Positions 52,501 to 64,000 of a stretch of 64,000 nucleotides of DNA are shown here, one piece after another. Origin of the DNA: Paraspadella gotoi (Eukaryota; Animalia; Chaetognatha); NCBI GenBank assembly GCA_051294375.1, contig CM119263.1, positions 26,679,130-26,743,129 of the forward strand. The letters run 5' to 3'. Under the pieces are notes generated by a model. That model made no database searches. It was not told where the DNA came from and worked only from the letters and a program-made list of their open reading frames with translations. The position numbers were made by a program, and so were the translations under genes. The stretch's first letter is position 1, and the number at the start of each line of letters is the position of its first letter.

Positions 52501-53254
52501 CTTATTTTCTTTTCCAAACGTCATTTACCATCTGGAGATTACTTCAATTATTGAGACATTAACGATTTCCCTTGGGCGGCGGAAGGAGAGAGATGCAGGA
52601 GGAGGAAGAGGGAGGGGAGAAGAGAAGGGGATGCGAAGGAAGATGAGAGAAAGCAGGCAGAATAAACAAGGTATGACTTGATGATTTTCGCTGTATCAGC
52701 GCAGGCTCGAAGAAAGGATTACTATTGTCTCGCTCGGATAAAAGGTTTTTTTTTTTCTTTCATTTCCGTCTCTGGAGCCTTTCTTCTTTTTCTCTCTGTC
52801 TTCTACTTTTATCTTCTAGGGGTCTTATCTATTTATCTCTCTCTNNNNNNNNNNNNNNNNNNNNNNNNNTCCCTCACTCATTCTCTTAAGCATGCTTCCA
52901 ATTTATTTTTTTAAACTTTTAACTTCATTTTCACTTCAAAAGTTTTGCTTTAACTTTTCAAACTTTTTTTTTAAATGTTTATTCGCCTTCTCGATGATTT
53001 CCGTCTTTTCCATACGAACGCGTTTATCGTTTTTTATTTTTAGCGAACGTTTATAATTGGTTGTATGTTTATATTTATTTGCTCACTACAATGAGAGGCT
53101 TTCACGACTTGTCGCGAGCAAGCCGATTACGTAAACAACAATCCCTTACAACGATTATTATGTTTTTAATTTATCCTGACTTTTTTTTTCCCATCTGTCG
53201 GCCTTGGCAATAGATCGCTTTGAAATCCGGGAAAATTACGAGCGCCGCCTTTTT

Positions 53255-53286
<32 letters not shown>

Positions 53287-56000
53287 TTTATTTTTTTTCT
53301 CTTTTCCTTCCACGCTGTAAATTCACATTTAATCGCCGCTTGCACGGTCAGCCCCCAGCTCCCTCTCACTCTCTCTCATCTTGTCTCTCCTCATCTCTCT
53401 TCTCTCTCTCTCTCTCTCTCGTCTTCTCTTATCTCTTTCTAATCTCTGCTTCGAGAGTAGGATTCCTCAATGAAAAAACTTGATCTATTACTTGATCTGA
53501 ATCAGCCCCATAGTGAAGTGGGCCAATGTGCGCCATACCTTCATGCGCCGGCCTCTCATGGCCTGCATTAGCATATAGATTGTTCTCTCTCTCTCTCTTC
53601 CTCTGCGTCTTCCATTCGTTTTCTTTCTCACCTGCTCTGTCTCCCCTTCCGTCCCTCTGCTCTCTCTCTCCTCTCCTCTCTCTCTCTCGTCTCTCTATTT
53701 ACTATTAAAGGCCCGAATTTGATCCATGTAACCATGAACTCCGTCGGGCAACCGTGATCAACTTTCTTCAAACAGTTCTGGGTTGTGGCCAAAGCTCGTT
53801 CGGTTGTGGTCCGCACTGTGGTTCCGCTGTGGTCATCCAAGTCTCGACCAGCTGTTACGTCCAGAGTCTATTTATTCTTTATAGCTAGAAATTCCCGCCA
53901 GGGATTTTTTCTTTGACCAAAGCCGCAGCCACTTAACTTGGATTTCCAAGAAATTCCCTTTTTCCCCCTTTTTTTTTCGTGAAGGAAAATGGATTCGACC
54001 AAACGCGAATTTGGTCGATAATTTGAAGTCAGTTGAGAATTAATGACTCTTTAATGCTATTATTAATTTTTTTAAACTTTCCCGCGCGATTCAGATCTTT
54101 TTTCGACGACCGACGTTGGCGACGTCGTTTCCCGTCCACAAAAATCAATCTTTTAAAATTCGCTTCGGGAAAATCTTTGCCGCAACGTTTCCGCAAGGTT
54201 GCTGCACGCGAAAAACTGGAATTAAGTTGAGCTTCATTTGTTTTTGAATATATTGGTTTTAGAGTTGATATTCCGTATATCGATCATTCAGATATTGTAT
54301 TCGCAAATGTAAACTGTATTTTTTTAAAAACAATATATTCAACGTCAATATCCCCATTATCCCCTTTGACTCTATCTCTATCTCGCATTTCAATTTCTTT
54401 CCAGTCTCAGGACGCAGAGACTTGCACTAAATTTCCAAGCGGGTGTCTTCTCTATCAGCGATTTCGACCATCAAATTTATTATACTTTAAAAACTGCGCA
54501 GAGATTGATCTATAAATTTAATTCATATAAAATAAAAAAGTGTAAAAAATACCAATTTTAATGTAAAACAGTAAAAAGAAACTTTAGTCTCCTTGAGTCT
54601 ACCTGTCATTGTTATTTCCATTATTCCTTTTTCTTACCTATTTTCTTTGACTTCCTCAACTTCTCCTTATCCCCTTTCTACATTTCTTCCTTACCTTTCC
54701 CAGCGTCTGCCTCACCCTCTCCTGCTCTCCCCAGCCTCATTCTTTTATGAAGTCGATAAAACCTCATATATTCCTTCTTTCCTTCGTCGTCGTCGTCGTA
54801 GTCGTCGTCGTCGTCGTCGTCGTCGTCGTCTTCGGTATTTTCTCGAATCATCATTTTTCCTTTCATTCGATTTCTTCCTTTTCTTTTCCATTTTCTTTTC
54901 TTTTCTTTCTATTTCATCAGTTTTGTTCTTTCTCAGTCGCGATTTTTCTTTTTTCTCTTTCACATAAAATCGACTTTCGATCAATTTTTTTTCCGTGAAA
55001 AGAGAAGAAACGTTTTCTTTCTTTCGATCGTCGACCTTTTGACGCCTTTTGTTCGCGCGAATTTAGACAAATGAACAATGAGTATTCGTACCATTTAAGA
55101 TTCATAATAAAAATATTTATTTACAACAAATCAAGTAATCAATTAGGTTTTGTTATTGTTGCGGCATTGTCTTCTACGCTATTCTAAACATTGAATATAA
55201 ATCCAATTATTCATTAAAATGTTCTTAACTAAAAGAATCCACTTTCAATATCTCGTTGTCCTCAGTATCCAATAATTGTGTCTGAGTCGGCGGCTCGTCA
55301 TTCTCCGGCCGCGTAGCGTTATCTCGTCTTTGTGCTTTTTGTTCTTCACGATTCTACACTATATGTTACGTCACGCTACGCTATTCATCGTTACTCTCAT
55401 GCCTAATCCTGTCATTTATTTTGACGATTTTTCTTCGATACAAAAAAATTCCATTTTAAACGAAAACAATCATTTTAATTTATACACCCGACACCATCCA
55501 AACAAGATTCCACTAATCCTTATTTTTTTCCACCAAGACCTTCCCTCCATCCACCAATACTCATGTCTCTTCTGCTTTTTTTTTTACGGACCAAATCATT
55601 TTTTTCCGGAACTTAATCTCAGGAATCGCTTTTTGGCTCCGGTCCATAAAAAGAAAAAAAAACTATGGTTCCATCTATTTGTCCTTCTTCCTGTTCCTCT
55701 CCCTCTTTTCCTTCCTCTACCTCCTCCTCCTCCTCCTCCTTCTCCTACTCCTTCTCCTCCTTACATTCTCTTTCTTTGAAACGAACGATCAATAACCAAG
55801 AAAATAATCAATCGCTTTTTACTGTCGTTTCTTCCTCCTTCATCTTTTTTTTCCGCCGCCTGCTTACTAAAGGTTACTCGCTTGCTTGCTTGCCTCTTTT
55901 TCTCGCTTGATTTTGTTCCTTTCTTTTCGGCTTATCGTTCTTTCTCGCTTTCTCCATTTCTTTCTTTATTGTTTTCTTTCTCTATCTTTCTGTCTGTCTG

Positions 56001-56001
<1 letters not shown>

Positions 56002-56080
<79 letters not shown>

Positions 56081-56081
56081 T
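56002..56081. repeat. (CTTT)n microsatellite
   Basis: Read directly. Confidence 0.97.
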
Positions 56082-57044
56082 CCTCTATTCTTTTTTATTC
56101 TCTCGACCTCGAAGCGTCTTTTGTTTTTTCTTCCCGCGATAATCGCTTCGTGGGATTCCCGCGAGGGGCGCGACCTTGAAGAGTCGCTTCTTCGTCGCCG
56201 ACGCCTCTGGCGTCGGAACAAGGAAGGGAATAGAATTAGATATCGGAAGAGAAGAGACCAAAATAGTAAGAGAGGAGAGAGAGAGGAGAAGAGCAGAGGA
56301 CGGACGAGAGAGAGAGAGATAGAGACCGGAGAGAGAGAGATACTGAGAGGAGGACGAGAGAGAGAGACAGATGAACCGAAGAGAGAGAGAGAGAGAGGGA
56401 GAGAGAGAGCGTGAGAGAGAGAGAGAGAGATGAGAGAGAGAAAGAGAATCGAAATGGAAGAGAAAAAAGCGAAAGAGAAGAGCCATGAATAGCAAACAAA
56501 ACAAAAATAAATTCGGGGAAAGGAAAAAAAAATCGGCGCTACGGAACCGAAGGGGAATAATGTAAATATAAACAGAAGAAAACAAAAGGAAAACTGATTT
56601 GCGAGGAGGAAGCAAAAAAAAAAGGGGAAAAGAAAGGTAAAAAAAAAAGGAAAATAAGAAAGGAAAAGGAATAGGGAACGAAATCAGAGTAGGAAAAAGA
56701 AAAGATTGAAAGCGAACGGGCAAGGGAGAACGAAATCCTCCGAAGACAAATTTGATTTGTGGTTCTAAAGCAAAACAGGCGGCGTAAAACAGGGAACTAA
56801 TTGACAATTTGACATGTCGCAAAAATGTAAACAAATCGTTTTTCATCGACGTGGTCTTTATCTTCATCATCAGTGCCCTTTGACACACTTTTGATAGGAA
56901 GCGATGGAAAAAAGATAATATAATGAAAAAGCAGAAAATAACAATTCTTGGCTTTTTCCATTAAATTTGTATCATTTCAAATTTTCTTGAAATCTTATTT
57001 CAAAGCGACGGTTTGTTCTTTAACTTATCTTTTTAAATTCCTCT

Positions 57045-57200
57045 CTTCAAACTCTTCTCTTCAAACTCTTCTCTTTAAACTTCTCTTTTCTTTAAAGTCT
57101 TCTCTTTAACTCTTCCCTTTTAATTAAATTTTTTAAACTCCTATCTTTAAACTCTTCTCTTCAAACCCTTTTCCTTAAACTTTTCTCCTTAAACTCTTCT
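57045..57200. repeat. Degenerate ~14-bp tandem repeat
   Basis: AAACTCTTCTCTTC/T units. Confidence 0.65.
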
Positions 57201-58111
57201 TTTTTCAGGGAAACTTCACAAAACGCTTTTTGAGAAACGGATCGTCCAGNNNNNNNNNNNNNNNNNNNNNNNNNNNNNNNNNNNNNNNNNNNNNNNNNNN
57301 NNNNNNNNNNNNNNNNNNNNNNNNNNNNNNNNNNNNNNNNNNNNNNNNNNNNNNNNNNNNNNNNNNNNNNNNNNNNNNNNNNNNNNNNNNNNNNNNNNNN
57401 NNNNNNNNNNNNNNNNNNNNNNNNNNNNNNNNNNNNNNNNNNNNNNNNNNNNNNNNNNNNNNNNNNNNNNNNNNNNNNNNNNNNNNNNNNNNNNNNNNNN
57501 NNNNNNNNNNNNNNNNNNNNNNNNNNNNNNNNNNNNNNNNNNNNNNNNNNNNNNNNNNNNNNNNNNNNNNNNNNNNNNNNNNNNNNNNNNNNNNNNNNNN
57601 NNNNNNNNNNNNNNNNNNNNNNNNNNNNNNNNNNNNNNNNNNNNNNNNNNNNNNNNNNNNNNNNNNNNNNNNNNNNNNNNNNNNNNNNNNNNNNNNNNNN
57701 NNNNNNNNNNNNNNNNNNNNNNNNNNNNNNNNNNNNNNNNNNNNNNNNNNNNNNNNNNNNNNNNNNNNNNNNNNNNNNNTTTACAACTCTTGATTTCTGC
57801 TGAATCGAGACATATATATTTTACTTGTTATTTCTAGCTTTTCGTTTCGTTGCGTTTGAAAGTGAAATTGTTTATTTTGTTCACAGACATTTAAAAATAA
57901 AAACAAATCATTGTCTGTAAACAAAAAAAAACAATTTCACTTAATTGTAATATTTTACTTATACAAAAGACAACAAAAAGCAGTTCTATCTTCAAAGAAA
58001 ATCAAAAAAATCAAAAAGAAATTCTCGGGGAAAAAAGTCTTCGATTTTTCCGTCAGAAAAAAAGTTGCGGAAGTTTTTACGTCAAAGAATCGATTTTTGG
58101 TGAAATTTCGA

Positions 58112-58625
58112 TTTCTTTTCTTCATTTTGATTATCACTTCTTTCTTCTTTCTTTTCTTCATTTTATTATCACTTCTTTTATCTCTCTTTTCTTCATTTTG
58201 ATTATCACTTCTTTCTTCTTTCTTTTCTTCATTTTGATTATCACTTCTTTCTTCTTTCTTTTCTTCATTTTAATTATCACTTCTTTTTTCTCTCTTTTCT
58301 TCATTTTGATTATCACCTCTTTCTTTTTTCTTTTCTTCATTTTGATTATCACTTCTTTCTTCTTTCTTTTCTTCATTTTGATTATCACTTCTTTCTTCTT
58401 TCTTTTCTTCATTTTGATTATCACTTCTTTCTTCTTTCTTTTCTTCATTTTTATTATCACTTCTTTCTTCTTTCTTTTCTTCATTTTTATAATCACTTCT
58501 TTCTTCTTTCTTCTCTTCATTTTTATTATCACTTCTTTCTTATTTCTTCTCTTCATTTTGATTATTACTTCTTTATTCTTTCTTTTCTTTATTTTTATTA
58601 TCACTTCTTTCTTCATTCTTTTCTT
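58112..58625. repeat. 36-bp minisatellite, ~14 copies
   Basis: Unit TTCATTTTGATTATCACTTCTTTCTTCTTTCTTTTC, head-to-tail with no spacers. Confidence 0.95.
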
Positions 58626-58949
58626 TTCACTTAACCAGGATTTTTCAAAAGCGGAACATATAAAATTTTGATTCATTTTTTCTTTTTCTTTTCGACTGCA
58701 TCATTCATCCATCCATAACATCGATTTATCAATCGTCTTCACCGTCGTTTTTATCGTCGTCGTCTTCTTCCTCTTCCTTTTCGTCGTCGTCGTCGTCGTC
58801 GTCGTGATCATCGACTCTTCCTTTACTCACCCTCCCTTACCGACTTTCGCCGACTGGCGATCATCATCATCATCATCATCATCTTCGTCTTCGTCGTCGT
58901 TCGCCTTTGAGGTGATAACGTTTCTCATCAGTCTTTTCTGGGGGGCTTT

Positions 58950-58990
<41 letters not shown>

Positions 58991-59872
58991 ATTGTCCTCT
59001 AAAAAGCCATATTCGATCATTGTCATCATTTTGGTCTCCATAGTCATTTTTCAATTTTTTTTAAAAAGAAATTTCCAATTTTAATAAAAAAAACTAAAAA
59101 AAAGAAACTTTTNNNNNNNNNNNNNNNNNNNNNNNNNNNNNNNNNNNNNNNNNNNNNNNNNNNNNNNNNNNNNNNNNNNNNNNNNNNNNNNNNNNNNNNN
59201 NNNNNNNNNNNNNNNNNNNNNNNNNNNNNNNNNNNNNNNNNNNNNNNNNNNNNNNNNNNNNNNNNNNNNNNNNNNNNNNNNTTTAATTCGCGGAGAGGGG
59301 AGAAAAAATGTAAATTTAAACTGCCTACGCAATAAGGATCGAAACGTGAGCCAAATTCAAAGGACCCGTAATTAGGACCTTTTTAATTAGGACCTTTTCT
59401 CCGCCCGTCGGAAATTCATTCTCTTTTTATTATGGATGGGGGGATTTTTTCGAAAAATAAATAAAAGATCGCAAATAACGAAATGAATTGGATAAATGAA
59501 AGAAAAGATCCGCTTTCTTTGTTCTTTTATGATTTTGTTTGATTTTAAATGTTTATTAGTTCGATGATATCATTCCGTTTTTGTTTTTTATTCTGATTTA
59601 GGCCTTCATCAACTAGACGCCTCGACTTTAAACGTTCAGATATACGTAGTATCTTGCGTACATCGCCCCCTAGCGAATAAATCTTTGAAAGGCCGTCTTG
59701 CTTTTATTTAAAATAAGTTTGTACTACAGTAAAAGTCGCATGTTTCTTGAATACTGTATTCTTATTGAGGGAAAACATTTCTTCCGCTCCACTTAGTTTT
59801 CGGTAAGGATGGAATTTTTCGCGATTTGAGAATTGAACCGTAAAAACTTGGTTATTAAATCGAGTATTGAGG

Positions 59873-60235
59873 CGAACCTGATTATTCAGAGGGACAAACT
59901 TTGTCCGAACCTGATTATTCAGAGGGACAAACTTTGTCCGAACCTTATTATTCAGAGGAACACACTTTTTCCGAACCTTATTATTCAGAGGGATAAACTT
60001 TGTCCGAACCTTATTATTCAGAGGAACAGACTTTTTTCCGAACCTGAATATTCAAAGGGACAAACTTTGTCCGAACCTGAATATTCAAAGGGACAAACTT
60101 TGTTCGAACCTGATTATTCAGAGGGACAAACTTTGTCCAACCCGAATATTCAAAGGGACAAACCTTGTTCGAACTTGATTATTCAAAGGGACAAACTTTG
60201 TCCGAACTTGATTATTCAGAGAAACAAACTTTGTC
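59873..60235. repeat. 33-bp minisatellite, ~11 copies
   Basis: Unit CCGAACCTGATTATTCAGAGGGACAAACTTTGT, head-to-tail with point variants. Confidence 0.95.
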
Positions 60236-62094
60236 GCAATGAACAAAGTCATCGAAGGGAATTTTTTTCTTGAGACGAAGAGTTTCGTTCTTCCGAATTT
60301 CCCGGCGTCCAAACTTCGGGTTAATTACTCAGTGTTTGACGGTCGAGAGTAATAACTATCTTTNNNNNNNNNNTCTTTTCGGACCTGAGGCCCGAGATGA
60401 TACTCAGAACATCCTCTCTCTCTCTCTCTCTCTCNNNNNNNNNNNNNNNNNNNNNNNNNNNNNNNNNNNNNNNNNNNNNNNNNNNNNNNNNNNNNNNNNN
60501 NNNNNNNNNNNNNNNNNNNNNNNNNNNNNNNNNNNNNNNNNNNNNNNNNNNNNNNNNNNNNNNNNNNNNNNNNNNNNNNNNNNNNNNNNNNNNNNNNNNN
60601 NNNNNNNNNNNNNNNNNNNNNNNNNNNNNNNNNNNNNNNNNNNNNNNNNNNNNNNNNNNNNNNNNNNNNNNNNNNNNNNNNNNNNNNNNNNNTCCCTCTC
60701 CTTCCATCCAACCCACTCCCTCTCCGTCGTTGTCCCAATTCCCTTAACCGAACAAGTTTTCTTTTTTCCAACTTTTTCTCTCCTTTTTCTTTCAAAATCG
60801 ACGAAAAATTTTCCGCTTCATTGACCCAAAGAAATTCCGACCTTTTAAGATTTGTCTCGTTTTCGAGTTGAAGTCACGTGACAAATAAATCACGTGATCG
60901 AGGAAAAACCCAACGAACTGAAACGAAAGCAAAATCTTCGCCTAATCTATTTCTTTTTTTTTTCTTTTTCAAGTTCTTGATCGAAGGCCGATCTTTTTCT
61001 TTTCTTTTTCTTTTTCTTTTTCTTTTCTTTTTTTTTTTTTTTTTGAATGCGACCGATTAAACACGATTTTCCTACATTTTGACTTAAAATCGATATTCAT
61101 AATTTCATATGAATGTAATTTTTGTTTAAATTCGATGTCTTTTCTTTTTCTTTTCTTTTCTTTTCTTTTCTTTTNNNNNNNNNNNNNNNNNNNNNNNNNT
61201 TTTCTTTTCTTCTTTTCTTTTCTTTCTTTCTTTTCTTTTCTTTTCTTTTCTTTTCTTTCTTTCTTTCTTTTCTTTTCTGTTCTTTTCTTTTCTTTTCCTT
61301 TCCTTTCCTTTCCTTTCCTTTCCTTTCCTTTCCTTAACTTTCTTTTCCTTTCCTCTCCTTACCTCACCCTTTCTTTCGTTTCCTTCCCTTACTTTTCTGC
61401 TGGACTTAAAACATTTTTTTTTCAGTAGTCCTATCTCTAATAATAATCTCCCTGCTTTACCCTGATTCATTCCACGATCACTCCTTTCAACACTCTAATT
61501 TTTCATGCTCCAGTCAACAGCCTAGAGTTAGACCCACTACCCTTGACTCCATTCAGTAGCTCCTTTCGGCGCAAGAATTCTTTCCGATTCTTTGGCTTCT
61601 TTTAAAATTCGGCCCTCGATTCAATTTCTTTCTCGATAAAAAAATCCTTGATTTCTTTTTTCCATCCTTCCTTCCATCCTTAAATCGTACTATATTTTTA
61701 AGTTCACTTACTTTACCTTACCTCATCTTTTTCCCACTGTGCCTTCCTACTTTCTCCCCTCATTTTTTCACCTTTTTCTCCTCCTTCCTTTCCTCCCCTT
61801 ACCCCTTCTTCCTCTCTTCCTCTTTTCTCCACCTGAACTATTTCCCTCTCTCAAAATCCCTTCCTTTTTTTCGCGCCCTTCTTTTTTCAAAGATAATTCG
61901 GGTTTTCTCACTTGGATTTTTTTTCTTCAGTCGACTTTTCCTTCTTCTTTTAAATCCTTTTCTTGATCCCTAATCCCTTTCCTTATTCTCCCATTTCACC
62001 TTACTTATCTCCCCCATACTCTAGTTTTATCTCTAATCTTCTTTGTCTCCATCTTCCCCTTTTTATACTGTAAGATTTTCAATCACTTTTCCCT

Positions 62095-62212
62095 CTATCC
62101 CCTTTCTCCGTTCTCATTTCTATCTTCCCCTTTCTCCGTCTCATTTCTATCTTCCCCTTTTTCCGTTCTCATTTTATCTTCCCCTTTCTCCGTTCTATTT
62201 TATCTTCCCCTT
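62095..62212. repeat. ~27-28-bp tandem repeat x4
   Basis: CCCTTTCTCCGTTCTCATTTCTATCTTC-like units. Confidence 0.75.
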
Positions 62213-62535
62213 TCCCCCCCAACTTTCCCTTCCACCTTCCCCGCTGTTCTCTCCCCCCATCTCATCCCACATCTCAACCAGCCCTAATTGCCAATTATCT
62301 CCACGCTTGCCCCAAATTTCTCTCGGAATACGAGAAATAAAAAAAAAGATAAAGATATGCGCAACAACAGTTGTCGTCGTCGTAATTATCGTCGTCGTCG
62401 CCTCCGCTTTATTGGAATCTCTTTCTCGTCATCTCTTTTTCTTCTTTTTTTCTTTTTTCTCGTCATCTTCGTCTCTGTCATATTTGAAGTCGCCCGCATA
62501 TCCTATTGTATTTCGATTACCGCCACCGCGATCAA

Positions 62536-62575
<40 letters not shown>

Positions 62576-62884
62576 TTATTCTTCTCTCTCATCGCGGCGT
62601 CTCATTGAGCTCAGATTTCCTTCGTCGTCGTTTCATCGTTTCTCACTGTCCTCGCTTTTCCCACATTTTCAAACCCTTGACCTTCGTCGTTCACAATTCG
62701 CACCCCCCATCACTCTCACACCACCCGTCGATCGTTTCCCAGCCTCCCATGACACTCCATCCTCGTTTCTTCTCACAGCGGTGCTCGCGCGAACGACCCT
62801 CCCCTCTCTCTCTCTCTCTCTCTTTTTCTATTTCTCTCTCTCTCCCCTTCTCCAGCCTCGTATTCCCAGGTGATCGGATGCCAG

Positions 62885-63701
62885 GTTCTCGATTGGCTCC
62901 TCATTTTCCGTAAATTCTCCACCCGATTGGTCGAGAGGTCTTCGCGACGCGTTTGGTCGAATCTTGCGATCCGGCCCGTGATTGGTCGACGGTTCTCGCG
63001 CTTCTTCCGAGTAAATAATCGTCGGATTCTCTTTCGCTCTTTTTTTTTTTCTCGGAGTATCGCGATTGTGCATCTCGCCTTTAAATTCTCTCGCGCGAGA
63101 ATTCGAATTTTTTGGGTTAAATCTTCGATTGTGAATAAAAACAACTTATGGCATCTGTATCAAATTTTACGATTTAATTCCGTTATCACAAAAATATATT
63201 TTACCTAGTATTTCTTTAGCTAAATCAATATCCGCGATCAAACTCCTCCCCTTTAAATCGGGTAGCGTCGCGCCCCGCCCACGCCAACGCGGAGATGCGC
63301 GGGTAACAAAGTCTCCCCACATTTGAACAGCGATTCGAATCTGCGTGAAATTGTTCTTTTTAATATTTCGTCGCCGTCGTCATCTTACTTCTTATTGTCG
63401 TTTAACATTTAGTGAAAATCCCCGACAATTCTCTCAACGTCTCTCTCTCCCTCTTTTGACGTCACCGCCCAAAAAAAGGTGGCGTCTTTGATTAGCGGCG
63501 CCATCTTCGGTCGCCAGCGTCGCGGAAATCCTCAGTGGGATCGAATATTTCTGAAAGTAAATTTTGATTAAATGAACAAACCGACTCCATGTTTAAACTG
63601 TACAGAAAATAAACAAAAGCGCGTAAGAAAAAAGTAAACAAAGAAAATAAACAAAGAAATTAAAACATAATCTTCGGATCTAAATAAAAATTCTAGCCGC
63701 C
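62885..63701 (+). promoter_or_regulatory. Putative TATA-less promoter and 5' UTR
   Basis: Three reverse CCAAT boxes (ATTGG at 62892, 62926, 62981), palindrome TCTCGCGCGAGA 63089-63100, GC box CCCCGCCC 63273, full CRE TGACGTCA 63457, YY1-type CGCCATCTT 63499, and three forkhead-type RTAAACA (63609, 63633, 63647), all upstream of the Kozak ATG. Confidence 0.55.
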
Positions 63702-63757
63702 ATGGCTTCTCGCCTTTCCCTCAATCATGCACATATCTCACCCAAGACGTCGAAAAA

Positions 63758-63794
<37 letters not shown>

Positions 63795-64000
63795 CCTCGC
63801 CCCTTCACCCCGCTCGCCTCTTCGTCCAGACGATTTATCGAAAATCAAAAGGCGCGGCGGCGAAAAACCGCCGACGCCGCCGTTCGATGGCGACGACGCC
63901 CTCGAACGCCGGCGTCGTCTCCGTGGCCGCCGCCGACGCCGCTAGTGGCGCTCGTGACGCTAACGACGCTATTGACGTTGACGTTTCTCCCCCTGTCCGA
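63702..64000 (+). CDS. Probable first coding exon (partial, runs off window) of an unidentified, possibly secreted or membrane protein
   Basis: Perfect Kozak GCCGCCATGG with an in-frame upstream TAA at 63681 and no stop before the window end. Translation: MASRLSLNHAHISPKTSKN-A12-PRPFTPLASSSRRFIENQKARRRKTADAAVRWRRRPRTPASSPWPPPTPLVALVTLTTLLTLTFLPLS, a basic region followed by a hydrophobic stretch. It is missing from the ORF track because it has no stop. An alternative open frame starts at ATG 63887 (MATTPSNAGVVSVAAADAASG...). Confidence 0.6.

Noticed and set aside
58158-58676. Lys-rich 12-aa repeat ORF and its hydrophobic antisense ORF
   Set aside because: A by-product of a 36-bp minisatellite whose period is divisible by three.
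58112-60235. 36-bp and 33-bp repeats of CRISPR-like length
   Set aside because: They are head-to-tail with no unique spacers, there are no cas genes, and the context is eukaryotic.
59833-60273. 146-aa ORF with 11-aa repeats
   Set aside because: It is the translated 33-bp minisatellite; the repeat register shifts frame midway.

Overview
Animal-like eukaryotic genomic DNA from a gapped draft assembly. It is almost entirely non-coding, saturated with (AG/CT)n and other simple repeats, and shows no obvious CpG depletion. Nearly all listed ORFs are artefacts of microsatellites or N gaps. The one credible gene start lies at the right edge: a promoter-like region (62885-63700) followed by a perfect Kozak ATG at 63702 whose frame runs off the window. 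The most notable object is a 176-nt minus-strand RNA element (43330-43505). It consists of a remodelled tRNA-derived Pol III head joined 3 nt upstream of a circularly permuted (type-P5) twister self-cleaving ribozyme, with the whole unit closed by a 9-bp inverted repeat. The window also has a second tRNA-derived A/B-box head, a Helentron/HINE-like element, several minisatellites, a ~1-kb-arm inverted repeat, and a ~3-kb error-rich duplication. The last two sit against exactly-25-N gaps and are probably long-read gap-filling artefacts. All calls were made by eye; no searches or folding programs were run.
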